From NCBI GenBank assembly GCA_030390025.1, contig CM059432.1, positions 48,424,001-48,488,000 on the forward strand: a stretch of DNA of 64,000 bases, written 5' to 3'. This document shows positions 12,986 through 25,068 of the stretch, one piece after another. The position numbers were made by a program, and so were the translations under genes. How positions within the stretch are numbered: position 1 is the first letter of the stretch; every line of letters starts with the position of its first letter. This stretch comes from Squalus acanthias (taxonomy: Eukaryota). A model generated the notes under the pieces. The model was not told the DNA's origin and made no database searches. It saw only the letters and a program-made list of their open reading frames with translations.

Positions 12986-13705
12986 CAGCCATGAGGACAG
13001 GGTGGGCCAGGACCTTGGAGACAAGCTTATCTCCGGCATTTCCATTACTGCAGACACTAAACCTCATTTTCTTTTCCAGTTTGGTCGATCATTGATTTCA
13101 CTGGAGATCGCGTACACAAAAGGCCCAAGTTGCGTTTTAAATTCAACGGAACAGACCAAAGCTCAGGCAACACGAGTCACTCAATGCGATTTTTTACTTG
13201 CAGACTATGCCCAAAATCGATCAAAAAGAGGTAAACGGGAAAAGCAACAAGCGATATAATGATATTTGCCATGGGATCTTCAAAGCAGATTTCCTAATTC
13301 TTTGTTTTACATTCCCTCCTACCACATGCTACCAGTTCAGTTGATAGTGGGATAATACTAGATTACTAGGGGGATAGTGGCTGGAGCAGCCTGAAATGTA
13401 TCACCAGGAACCTTTAATCAAATTTCATCTATTTAAAAAAAAACACGTTCACAAATGTGGATTTTTTTTCCTTTCATCATTTTTTAAATATATAGATTAT
13501 TTAAAAGAACTGTTAAAAATATGAGTTAAAATTTGAACTCGCCATGACCAATTCCATGGGAGATCCATCAGATTCTGAGATGAAAGGTTAGTTTAGTGAT
13601 GGACTGCACTATCTAGGATTCAGATGACTCTAATATGGACACTCTAATGTAACATTAATAAATCGCTTTTACAAATCACAGCTATATATTCAAGTGTGGA
13701 AATAC

Positions 13706-13910
13706 CTCCACAGCCTGGTGCTGCAGTCTTTGTGATTCTGTCTTCAAAATTGTTTCTTCAAGAGATCGCAGGACTTTGCGTTGATCTTCCTCAGTACTCT
13801 TTAACTTTCTTAACTCCTCTGTAAGAACCGCTTTTTTCTTTTTTAACTCGGCAACGTAAGTTTGTAATTGGCTTCTAGCTTCTTTCTCTTTCATAAGTAG
13901 CTCTTTTAAC
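13706..13910 (-). CDS. LRRCC1: LRRCC1 coiled-coil exon D, (R)LKELLMKEKEARSQL...QHQAVE
   Basis: Acceptor ttatttccag, donor gtattt; 205 nt, phase 2 to 0. Heptad pattern; follows TTD-RLKE as in LRRCC1. Confidence 0.9.
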
Positions 13911-14034
13911 CTGGAAATAAATTTAAAAAAACAAATCTGAATTGAAAATCAAGAAAGTAACTGATTACATTAAGCTCAAACAAATGTTAAGATTGAATGC
14001 TCCAATATTATAGAACTGGAGTGCATTGACCAAA

Positions 14035-14668
14035 GTTGACCTCAGTAAGAGGAGATAAACTAATTTTTTTAATGTGTGCAAGAGCTGATTGCTCATTTCT
14101 TGGAGAATGCTTTAAATATATAATGAATTATATTATAGAGCCCCAGGTGGGCAGAGGAAACGCTTCAAAGACACCCTTAAAGCCTCCTTGAATAAGTGCA
14201 ACATCCCCACTGACACCTGGGAATCCCTGGCCCAAGACCGCACAAAGTGGAGGAGAAGCATCCGGGAAGGCGCCGAACACCTCGAGTCTCTTCGTCGGGA
14301 GCAAGCGGAAGCAGCGCAAGTCAACCCAAGCACCTCACCCACCCGCCCCTTGAACCACCGTCTGCCCCATCTGTGACAGAGACTGTAGGTCCCGCATTGG
14401 ACTCATCAGTCACCCGAGAACTCATTTTTAATGTGGAAGCAAGTCATCCTCGGTTTCGAGGGACTGCCTAAGAGAAGAGTATTATACATATTGTATTGAA
14501 GGGGTTTATATAGAAGGAAGTATGCTGATTAAATAACACTCACTCTTCGACAAATACATATTTATACATGTAATATTCATTATATATTTAAAGCATTCTC
14601 CAAGAAATGAGCAATCAGCTCTTGCACACATTAAAAAAATTAGTTTATCTCCTCTTACTGAGGTCAAC
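14035..14668. repeat. 94-bp inverted repeat pair (14035-14128 / 14575-14668)
   Basis: The two arms are reverse complements on direct comparison. Confidence 0.95.
14138..14479 (+). mobile_element. RTE 3' fragment with 7-bp TSD TATTATA
   Basis: TATTATA at 14131-14137 and 14480-14486; RTE C-terminal motifs. Confidence 0.92.
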
Positions 14669-16169
14669 TACATTTCTTCAGAAATTCTTCGGTGATATTT
14701 TCCAAAAATGAAAAAGAGGAACAAGCATATACAGAAATGTTAAGGAGTTTTAATAGCATTCACAACTTACATTTTGAATAATGTAGACATTGTTGCATAA
14801 TTAGGACAATAAGGTATTTTCAAACAATGGAGTCTTTGTTAATCAATAATTAAAGAACGCTGTGTTGTGCTAGCAAAATGCTAGATAAATTGAAAGTTAC
14901 TTAACTTATCTTTGTGAGCTCTGTAGAATACAAAACTATTTTGGAAGCAATATGACTGACCAAACTAACAAAATCATCAAAATCATTTCAAGTTAACAAA
15001 AATAATTTAACTGCTTATATTCCATTTCAAGTGAAGAATTCCAGTAGTGGTATTTAAAAAGTCTTAACTGCTCCCAATGCATTCATACAAACTCATACTT
15101 TACAGCTTCATTACTAACACCAACAGAAAAATAAAAAGCATAATTAAATGGTTAACCTAAAATAAATATTTAACAGCTAGAGGAAATTATTCATAACTCT
15201 GTCTCCCAAATGCATCATAAAAGAGACTGTTTCATTTACTTTGGTGACGAGGCACAGTGGAATCACTGCTGAACTACTAAAAGAAAATATGTTGAACGTA
15301 TTCCATGCTAGTCAAAATGCAATTTATGTTACACAAATAATTCACAAATTCTGAGCAGTTCTTGTTAAAATAAACACTACTGGGTTTTCAATGATTTAAG
15401 AACACAAACATTATAAATTCATCTTCTTCCACAGATAAGCTTATATCTCCTTCAAACAGCACTTTCTTTGGACCCAAATATGACATAGTTTGTATCAAGG
15501 AAGAAAACAAGAAAGCCAGATAAGCTCATTATTAATGCTTGGAATTAGAGCTACAAAATGAAAAAAAAGCCTGATGAACTGTCAGGGTTCCTCTGATCCA
15601 AAGCCAAGTGGATTAAAATAAATCACTAAATCACAGGGGCAGCAGCTAACGAGAACACTTGAGAATTACGGTTTGGCTCGTGCCAGCGCACGGGGGGGGG
15701 GGATACCACCAATGAATCACATTAAGCTGGTTCGCTTCTGCTATTTTTTTATCCATACACACATTTGTCTCAAAAGGAAAACCTACCAGACAGCTGATGA
15801 GTAACAGAAATTAGGTTTCACAGAAGATGCTGTTCTGCCATTCGGTTGCAGATTATCCTGCAACGTGTTTTCTGTGCTGCATGACAATGTAAATTAAAAT
15901 AAATACCTTGTCCCCATAAAAAATATTATATATGCGTGTGTGTGGGGTGGAGTGCTGTATTATATATGGATACTAAAATGTATCTAGTTTTTGGTACAAA
16001 GTGTGGCGTGCATATTATGAATGGATCCAGTAAACTTGGAAGATATATGGCAGCTATTTACCACAATGTTTAGAATTTTAACACCTACCTTTTTCTGTTC
16101 TTACTGAAAATAATGGCATACATAACACTTTTACTTGAAATATTTCAAGTATTAAAATATTTGTTTCTC

Positions 16170-16340
16170 AACAACTTGCATTTATATAGTGCCTTTAACA
16201 TAGTAAAACGTCCCAAGGCGCTTCACAGGAGTGTTATCAAACAAAATTTGACACCGAGCCACATATGGACATATTAGGGCAGATGACCGCAAGCTTGGTC
16301 AAAGACGTAGGTTTTAAGGAGAGTCTTTAAGGAGGAAGGA
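16170..16340 (-). mobile_element. L2-type LINE 3' end
   Basis: Reverse complement of the L2 tail (...ggcactatataaatgcaagttgttg). Confidence 0.8.
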
Positions 16341-16539
16341 GAGGCAGAGAGATTTAGGGACTCCTATTGTTATAAAACATATACTTTGATTTGTGAGCAA
16401 CATCACTAGCTTGTATAATAAAAAAATCTACATTTATCTGATTTGTATTACACAAAGTAAAGCATACAAGCCAAATTATGGCTTTCCCTTAAATGAACAG
16501 CTTTTAAAACACACCTTAATCACTAATATTTTGCCTTAA

Positions 16540-17060
16540 CGTCATCCAAAACTCGGCTGCCTGCATCCTAACTCGCACCAAGTCCCGTTCACCCATCACC
16601 CCTGTGCTCGCTGACCTACATTAGCTCCCGGTTAAGCAATGCCTCGATTTCAAAATTCTCATCCTTGTTTTCAAGTCCCTCCATGGCCTCGCCCCTCCTA
16701 TCTCTGTAATCTCCTCCAGCCCCACAAACCGCCACCGCCCCCCCCCCCCCACCGAGATATCTGCGCTCCTCTAATTCTGCCCTCTTGAGCATCCCTGATT
16801 AAAATCGCTCCACCAATGGCTGTGCCTTCTGTTGCCTAGGCCCTAAGCTCTGGAATTCCCTCCCTAAACGTATCTGCCTCGCTACCTTTGTTTCCTCCTT
16901 TAAGACGCTCCTTAAAACCTACCTCTTTGACCAAACCTTTGGTCACTTGCCCTAATTTCTCTAATGGCTCAGTGTCAAATTTTTTGTCTTATAATACTCC
17001 TGTGAAGCGCCTTGGACTTTTTACTACGTTAAAGGCACTATATAAATACAAGTTGTTGTT
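16540..17060 (+). mobile_element. L2-type LINE 3' fragment
   Basis: ITPVLADLH..P...FKILILVFKSLHGLAP motif and (TTG)n tail. Confidence 0.88.
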
Positions 17061-17479
17061 AAAAAAATGTCTTTATTTATTTCATGAGTAGAGGTATAAA
17101 ATGTAATGCTTTGAATAAAAATAATACAATCTATAATTCATTTTAAGAACAGTCCTTTCCTACAATATCAAATAGGCTCAGGTTTTCTAATGGGTTTAGG
17201 GTGGGAGTTTTAAAAAAAAAATTGGTCAAGAAATACACTAATCTGCATAGTCAGAAATTACAGTACACCAAGCACTTTAAATAAGATACAGTTCTGAGCT
17301 CAGTGCTGCAAAACCAGTATTGTATAATGTCTGGTGAGAGGAGCAGTTAATGTCAAACCTCACTGTTCATCTTCCATTACTCCATGATCCGTGTTACACA
17401 ACTCCCAGTACTCCCACAGCTCGCCTAAAGCTCTCGCACACTGGCACTGCTATACCAGGGCTCCTACATCTCAAGACTA

Positions 17480-17898
17480 CCGATACGAGACTCCCAAAAC
17501 AAGCGCTCTACTCGGAGCTCCGACACGGCAAGAGAGCCCCAGGTGGACAGAGGAAATGCTTCAAGAACACCCTCAAAGTTTCCTTGAAAAAGTGCAACAT
17601 CCCCACTGACACCTGGGAATCCCTGGCCCAAGACAGCACAAAGTGGAGGAGAAGCATCTGGGAAGGCGCCGAACACCTCGAGTCTCTTCGCCGGGAGCAA
17701 GCGGAACCCAAGCGAAAGCAGCGCACGTCAACCCAAGCACCCCACCCACCCGTCCCTTCAACCACTGTCTGCCCCACCTGTGACAGAGACTGTAGGTCCC
17801 GCACTGGACTCATCAGTCACCTGAGAACTCATTTTTAGTGTGGAAGCAAGTCATCCTCGGTTCCGAGGGACTGCCTAAGACTGAAGACTAAGAGAGAC
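17480..17898 (+). mobile_element. RTE 3' fragment
   Basis: DTRLPKQALYSELRHGKRAPGGQRK...CPTCDRDC...SHLRTH. Confidence 0.92.
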
Positions 17899-18080
17899 CA
17901 CAACACAACAGCCCCTCCCACCAATTCTCCACTCCCAACATACCACTACCAGTACACCAAGGTCCTATTCCCTGATCCAACGATCCACTCCTCAATACTT
18001 CCAGATCACAACACCCTCCCACTCTTCCGCGCTTATCTTCACTGTTTCAAGATCTTGTCACATCCCACCAATCAGAGAAA

Positions 18081-18116
18081 AGTTCTGACGAAGGGTTTCG
18101 ACCTGAAACGTTAACT
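18081..18116 (+). ncRNA. Minimal type-I hammerhead ribozyme motif in a Penelope-like terminal repeat (repeat extends to about 18176)
   Basis: AGUU-CUGACGA-stem II (AGG...CCU)-GAAA-CGUU-AACU: core intact, stem III reduced to palindromic ACGU. Confidence 0.7.
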
Positions 18117-18184
18117 CTTTCTCTCTCCACGGATGTTGCCTGGCCTGCTGAGTTTTTCCAGCGTTTTCTGTTGTTGTAACAAAC

Positions 18185-18790
18185 TCTGTATCCCTGCTCT
18201 CTGACTCCTACCTCCCAATTACCAACCCATGCCACAAGGTTACCTCCAATTCCATGCACTTCCATTTCTGCTAATAATATCTTACTCAAATGCCTTCTGG
18301 GTCCATATAGACAACATCTATAGACATTCTATAGACATTCCTCTATCTACCATACTAGTGACCTCCTCAAAAGATTCAACTATATTAGTTAGACATGACC
18401 TACACATCACAAATCCATGCTGACTCTCTTTGATCAACTGATACCTGTCTGTGCTCAGTCATTCTGTCTCTGATAAGATTCCAGTAACTTCCCCACAATT
18501 TATGTTAAACTAATAGGTCTGAGCTCTGACAAAAGGTCATCGACCTGAAATGTTAACTTTGTTTCTCTCCACAGATGCTGCCTGACTTGTTGAGTATTTC
18601 CAGCATTTTCTGTTTTTATTTCAGATTTTAAGCATCTGCAGTATAGTTACCTGGTTTCTCTCTCCCTCCTTTCTTAAATAATGGTGTGACATTTGCAATT
18701 TTCCAATTCAAAGGCACAATTCCTGAAACTAGAGCGCTTTGGAAAATTATGACTAATGCACCTGCAGTCTCCTCACCTATTTATTTTAAT
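18185..18790 (-). mobile_element. Old CR1 RT fragment interrupted by a Penelope-like terminal repeat (18521-18643)
   Basis: Degenerate CR1 RT motifs. The insert is homologous to 18081-18176 but has a mutated core (CTGACAA). Confidence 0.7.
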
Positions 18791-18797
18791 ACCCTTA

Positions 18798-19115
18798 GAG
18801 CTTAGGGCCTCAGCAGCTGAATGCACGGCCACCAATGGTGGAGTGATTAAAATTGGGGATGCTCCAAAGGCCAGAATCGAAGGAGCATAGATATCTCGGA
18901 GGGTTGTGTGGCTGGAGGAGGTTACAGAGATAGGGAGGGGTGAGGCCATGTTGGGATTTGAAAAAAAAAGGATGAGAATTTTTAAATCGAGGCATTTCTT
19001 AATCGGGAGCCAATGTAGGTTAGCGAGCACAGGGGTGATGGGTGAACGGGACTTGGTGTGAGTCAGGACACGGGCAGCAGAGTTTTGGATGAGCTTAAGT
19101 TTATGAAGGGTGGAA
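18798..19115 (-). mobile_element. L2-type LINE fragment
   Basis: LANLHWLPIKKCLDLKILIL motif. Confidence 0.85.
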
Positions 19116-20213
19116 TTACTCCCAAATTATATTTAGGAATTGACAATGACTAGTGCTCTTACTTTTTTAGGATCTTTTCAGAATTTAACAGCTGTAATCT
19201 CTCTTTCATTCATTCCCTAAATCAGCACATTATTCCATTTACAGTGGCCCTCTAAAAGACTACAATCATAGAGTAGATTTATGTGAATACATAAAAGCTT
19301 TGTGACCTTTGCAGACTTTATAGAACAAATGATCTTCTAAAGTCTGTTTTATATGTTAATGGAAGTTTATATATACTGTGCACAAAGCTTGTCTCCATGA
19401 ATTAAAATGCATTGCCTGTAAAACTCGATGCATCATTCATCAGAAAAACCTATAGAAGTATAATATAAACACAAATACCATTTTGCCTTTGACATAAAAA
19501 GTGAACTGTAAATATTCAGCAAGTTGCTCGATCAAACACTAAGTAATACAGTGTCAACCCATCAGACAGATTCAATTTTGTTATCTTTTTATTACGTACA
19601 ATTTGTAAACATCATAGTGAAATGCAGTGAAAATGTCCAGCTTTAGAATTCCTGCAAATATGAAACAACTTTAGCAAGGTTTAAATTTGCAATTCAGCAA
19701 ACAGTCTTTGCACTGCAATCTTTAAATTAATAGCTTGTAATACACACTATTCAAATGCAACCTGGTCATTATCCATGTATTTTAATTAACAAATATTTTA
19801 TTTCTAATACCCTGTATTACCCATAAAAAATTAACAAGCTATAATTTCAGACTTATGCAATTACTTATAACGAACACAGCAAACGCTGGTACTCAACTGT
19901 AACCTACAAATTAATAACACCGCTTTAGTGAAATCACAAATCATTTTTAAGCTTTTGTGAACAATGAATATTGCTAACACCACTTTGAACTATCAATCAT
20001 TCAAATTATATATCTACATATATATTTAAAAAAAAAGCATATTTAAAGCCCTAAATATACAAACACAGCTGCATTCTGCTAGGTATTAGAAATAAAATAT
20101 TTGCTAAAGTTGTTTCATATTTGCAGGAATTCTAAAGCTGGACATTTTCACTGCATTTCACTATGATGTTTACAAATTGTAAATATTCAGCAAGTTGCTC
20201 GATCAAACACTTT

Positions 20214-21053
20214 GGGCTGGATTTTCAATGACCCATGGAGTCGGGTTTGGAGGCCGGGGGGGGGGCGGGTTAAAGTTGCAGATTCGGGGGTCCCGACCCC
20301 ATCCCGACTCCAAGCCGCCTCCATGCCAGTTTCGCTGGCGGCGGGTACCCGACCTGGTCTGAGACCCGACTCCCCGAGGCGGGAAGGGATTACTGACAAT
20401 TAACTGCCTGTTAACAGGTAGTTAACAGGCAGTTTTTTGCACAATCCCTATTTTAAAATGAAAAGTGTGGGCTTCCCGACAGGTGGCAACCACTCCAAGT
20501 TATCGGGTCGGGCCGTGGGTCTGCAGGGGTCAATATGTCCGGTGGGCAGGCGAGTGATGGGTGCATGTGTGCAGAGGTAAGTGTGTAAGGTAAGTGCTAA
20601 GTGTTGAAAAAAGTTTTACTTACCTTAACTTCCTCCTGCAGGTGTCAGCCCTTCAGTTCTCGGGAGTTAGAAATCTCACCGGCACAGAAAGCAGGAAAGC
20701 CGTGGACCTGTCAAAAACAGCAGCCTTCTGGTTTCTGTGCTGGAATGATTTCTAACTCAGCCTGAAAGGAAGGACTGAAGTTAGAAATCATATTGTGAGT
20801 GTTTGACAGCTTCAAAGAGCTGTCAAACGCTGATATTTCATCTGTCAAAAGCTCTTGACAGATGAAATGTCAGTCTGTGACATCACCTGTTGCCAGGTGG
20901 CCCTTAATTGGCCTGCTGAGCCCACTGGGCGGGCTCAACAAGGTCAATCAAGGGAAAATACAGTGGGTTGGCCACATCTCGATGGAGGTGGGTTCACAAG
21001 CCAGAATGTGTGATTCCCGACCCCAACACGACTCCAACTTCAAAATCCAGCCC
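20214..21053. mobile_element. Harbinger-type MITE
   Basis: TIRs GGGCTGGATTTT / AAAATCCAGCCC. The empty site survives in the local duplicate at 19531-19550 (aaacac-taa-gtaat). Confidence 0.88.
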
Positions 21054-21345
21054 TAAGTAATATAGTGTCAACCCATCAGACAGATTCAATTTTGTTATCT
21101 TTTTATTACGTACAATTTTTGGGTGCGCTGCCCCTTTAAGTTATATATACTGAACACAAAGCTTGTGTCTCCATGAATTAAAATGCATTGCCTGTAAAAC
21201 TCGGTGCATCATTCATCAGAAAAAGCTAGAGAAGTATAATATAAACACAAATACCATTTTGCCTTTCAAAGTTTTGCACATGCAATTAAGGGAAAATTTG
21301 TTCCCACTGGCAGCCAGTCAAATCAATTACAGCTTGGCTCTCCAA

Positions 21346-21507
21346 CAATGTTCTCCCTAATTTTTTTGGGTGCGCTGCCTCTTTAAGGGGCTGTGCAGCC
21401 CATTCAAGGTTTTGTGCATGCGCAAAATTTAACATTGGAAAAGCCGGTCTCGGGCTGCGCAGGACTGGTAGAGAGCTGCGCAGTCAAGCAGCTTAGAGGG
21501 AACGTTG
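21346..21507. mobile_element. hAT-type MITE, 162 bp
   Basis: TIRs CAATGTTCTCCCTAA / TTAGAGGGAACGTTG; perfect 8-bp TSD CTCTCCAA at 21338-21345 and 21508-21515. Confidence 0.9.
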
Positions 21508-22294
21508 CTCTCCAACTGCTATTCTATTCCTACTGTTAGCAGTAAATTGAGTTCAAATAGTCGATATTACTATATTAGTAAAGATGTGTTCTGATTTTTG
21601 AATGATGTAAGTAGACACACTTCAGCACATTTTTATATGGATTGGGGATTTGGCATGCAACAATCTCAATATGGTAAAAAGATGTGGAAAAGCCAATTGC
21701 TTCTGGATTTATATATGCTAATTAGAATCCTGTTTCTATGAATTACAGACAATTGAAACAATTTAAAGGTACATTGGAAATTTTACATAACCTATTGTAG
21801 GCAAGGTCTTTTTTTGAGAGAAATTCTTGCTCAACATATAAATATTTCTGCCATCGCATGAGGGAACGGAGAAGAGAAAGAAAGTAATTTTTGGTCACTG
21901 TCTCTAACAGCTTTGCAGTGTTTGCAGCATCTTGATCAGGTGGTCATTCACCACTTTGCTACATCAAGTCCTAATTTTGTACACCATCCTTAATTCGTAT
22001 TGAGGCCCTAAAATATGATGAGTGCAATTGAATATACACAGAACATAAGCAGTAGATCAGAAAGATAAATGGTAGGGAAATGGTGGCGAAAGAGATTAGA
22101 TCAGACAAATAACTGTGTCGAGTCCTGCCCCATTAAGAAGCAAGATGGAGAAATACACTTCACTACCCAATTTGGTCACCTAAGAGATGAGGTTTACCCA
22201 CAAGAAAGCAACAGCAAGACTTTGGTACCCACAACAGAAAAAAAAATAGTTCTGGCCTGTGGAAGAGAGTACCAAAATGGAAAAGAAAGTAATT

Positions 22295-23046
22295 GGGCCA
22301 GAAATTCGGCTCTCTGGCTTCCTGCGGGTGCAAGCATCGCATGCGTACTTACCTACCGCGCCTGCCGTTGTGCTTCGGGCCCACGTGGACTTCGGCTCCT
22401 GGGCCTCCTGCAGCTGCCGGCACGCAGTGCTTGCGTATCCCAGGGGCGCAGTTAGTTTGAAGCGTCCCCTGGGATCACGTGGGCCATGGAGAGCCAATCG
22501 GAGCAGGGAATCTCCATTCATAGATTTTGACAGGAAGACCTGTCAAATCTATGAATAGAGATCGGCCCCAAAACCTCACTTAAACTTCAAATAAATTTAA
22601 AAAAAACATCACATTTTTAAAATAACTATAAATTACATAAATTAACTACTTTAAACAAAAATTAAATTTTTGAAAAAATTAATTACACTTTTTAACGGTG
22701 CTAAAAATAAACTTACCTTTCTTTAAAGTATGTAAAAAAGATAAACCTGTTGAAAAAATGTTTAAATTCTACTTAATTCACCACTTACCTTGTTAAAAGC
22801 AGGCCTTGCACCTCCTTTTTTCCTGCGCAGCTTCTCCATACTTACCCTCACGGAGAAACCTGAAAAAAAAACGAAGTTCGCTGCGTGCGCGCTGCCTCTC
22901 TGGCGCATGCAGTTGACCCTCGGACCCCTTCTTTCACGAGACCGGAAGTTCCGGTTTCCCGTGCATGCGCGAAACCGGCACTTCCGGTGGCCCTACGGGT
23001 GAGTACACAGCGCGTACTCACCCGTGGAGACCCGAATTTCTGCCCC
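22295..23046. mobile_element. Harbinger-type MITE
   Basis: TIRs GGGCCAGAAATTCGG / CCGAATTTCTGCCCC; 3-bp TSD ATT; GC-rich arms around an AT-rich centre. Confidence 0.88.
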
Positions 23047-23049
23047 ATT

Positions 23050-23836
23050 ATTTCAATTAAACATTGGGAAGATTGAAGCCATTGTCTTTGGTTCCCACCA
23101 CAAACTCCGTTCCCTAGGCACCGACTCAATCACTGACGCTGAACCAGATAGTTCATAAACCTGGCGTCCTATTTGACCCTGAGCTGAGCTTCCAACCCCA
23201 TATCCTCTGTAACATCGCCCGTCTTCCACCTCTGCTTCAGCTCATCTGCTGCTGAAACCCTCATCCATGCCTTTGTTACCTCTATACTCGACTATCCCAA
23301 TAGTCTCCTGGCCATCCCACCTTGCACCCTACGTAAACCTGAGGTCATCCAAAACTCTGCTGCCCGTGTCCTAACTCGCACCAAGTCCTGTTCACCCATC
23401 ACCCCTGTGCTCGCTGACCTACATTGACTCCCGGTTAGGCAACGCCTCAATTAAAAAAATGTCATCCTTGGTTTCAAATCCCTTCATGGTCTCTGTAACT
23501 TATTTCCAGCCTTACAACCCTCAGATTTTTGCACTCCTCCAATTCTGGCCTCTTGCACATCCCTGAATTTCTTCGTTCCACCATTGGCGGCCGTGCCTTC
23601 AGCTGCCTAGGCCCTAAGAGCTTTGGAATTCCCTCCCTAAACCTCTCCACATCTCTACTTCTCTCTGCTCCTTTAAGACACTCCTTAAAACCTACCTCTT
23701 TGACCAATTTTTTGTTCACCTGTCCTACTATTTCCCTATGTGGCTCGGTATCAAATTTTGTTTGATAACGCTCCTGTGAAGCGCCTTGGGACGTTTTACT
23801 ACGTTAAAAGCGCTATACAAATGCAAGTTGTTGTTG
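23050..23836 (+). mobile_element. L2-type LINE 3' fragment
   Basis: AETLIHAFVTS.LDY and ITPVLADLH motifs; (TTG)n tail. Confidence 0.9.
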
Positions 23837-24414
23837 CAGATCACACTTGTAATTTGCATTTGTACTGCTGGGGGTTACCTGCATTGCAGCCTCAAGGTCA
23901 CCACATGCAATCTTTTATTCAAGTCAATTGTTGGGTTTTATTTAATTGCTTATTACATCTCGTTAACTTTTGTGTCAAGGTACAAGTTTATTTAAATTTT
24001 AAGCACAACTGAGGTACTTGGAACTGTGTCCTAATATTTCATAAACAAAGTACACTATTGCCTTATTATCCTGAACCAATTTTTAAAAATGGCCCACTGT
24101 ATAACTAAAAACATTCAAATTTAATTGTAAAATGTTTCCAGACAGTCCAACAGACAGCCTGAGAACTTTTTTAAACTTGGCTGGAATTATACTACACTCT
24201 GTGTGAAACCCAAGTGATGTGATACTATGTCCTGAAGGTGGGCTCACACACTTTGGCTTTAGTCTACTCTAGAGTCAGATCATCAACTTGACTCTTAAGT
24301 TACACTGCTGCTTTTGTATTAGTACAAAGCATTTTTGGATGCACTTAACTCGTACACTGTATTATATTAGCACCGTAAGTTTCTGAGAATAAGTAGCAAA
24401 TGTTATCCAGGTAC

Positions 24415-24563
24415 CTGTCTGTGGTATGTACAGCCATGTCATGAAAATCCCTTTTCTCATCAGCCTGATCTTGTAATGTTTTCATATGGTCCATCAACTG
24501 TTTCACAGTTTGCTCTGCCTTCCATCTCTTCTCTCGTTCTTGGTCCAACTCTTGAGTAAGTGC
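24415..24563 (-). CDS. LRRCC1: LRRCC1 coiled-coil exon C, ALTQELDQEREKRWKAEQ...AVHTTD
   Basis: Acceptor ttccttttag, donor gtacct; 149 nt, phase 0 to 2. LDQEREKRWKAEQ closely matches the LRRCC1 motif LDQEREKRWRAEQ. Confidence 0.92.
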
Positions 24564-24631
24564 CTAAAAGGAAAGTAATCATGTCTGCTGGATTTATGTT
24601 GGAAAATATTAATTAGAAGTGTTTCTGTAAC

Positions 24632-25068
24632 AAAGAAAGAATAAACTTGCAGTTATATTGCATTTTCCACATCCTGAAGGCCTCCAAAAGCACCTCAGTC
24701 AATGAATTACTTTTAGGTAGACACAAGTGCTAGCCAACTTGCATACAACCAGATCCCACAAACAGCAAAGGAGATAAATGACCAGTTGATCTGTTTTGGT
24801 GGTGTTCGTTGAAGGATGAGTCTTGGCTAAGATCTCACGAGAACTCCCTGCTCTTTTTAAAATTATGTTTCAGATCTTTAATGATCATCTTTTATGCCCA
24901 TCTGTGCAGGCAGAAAGGGCTTCGATTTAATACATCCCCTGAAGAACACTAACACAAACAATGCAGCAAGTCCTCTTAATACATTACAGCCTAGATTATC
25001 TGTTCCTAGAGTGAGGCTTGAACCCACAACTTGTTAAGTCAGAGGTGAAAGTCTTAGCACTGAGCCAA
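24632..25068 (-). mobile_element. Full-length tRNA-headed Deu-type SINE, degenerate
   Basis: A box TGGCTCAGTG, B box GTTCAAGCC, Deu-like core and L2-type tail. Confidence 0.75.

Noticed and set aside
15780..15820. CTGATGA...GAAA hammerhead-like string
   Set aside because: No stem II can form and stem I is not correctly placed; the similar string near 57265 fails the same way.
25000..25068. tRNA-like A and B boxes
   Set aside because: This is a SINE head; there is no complete cloverleaf.
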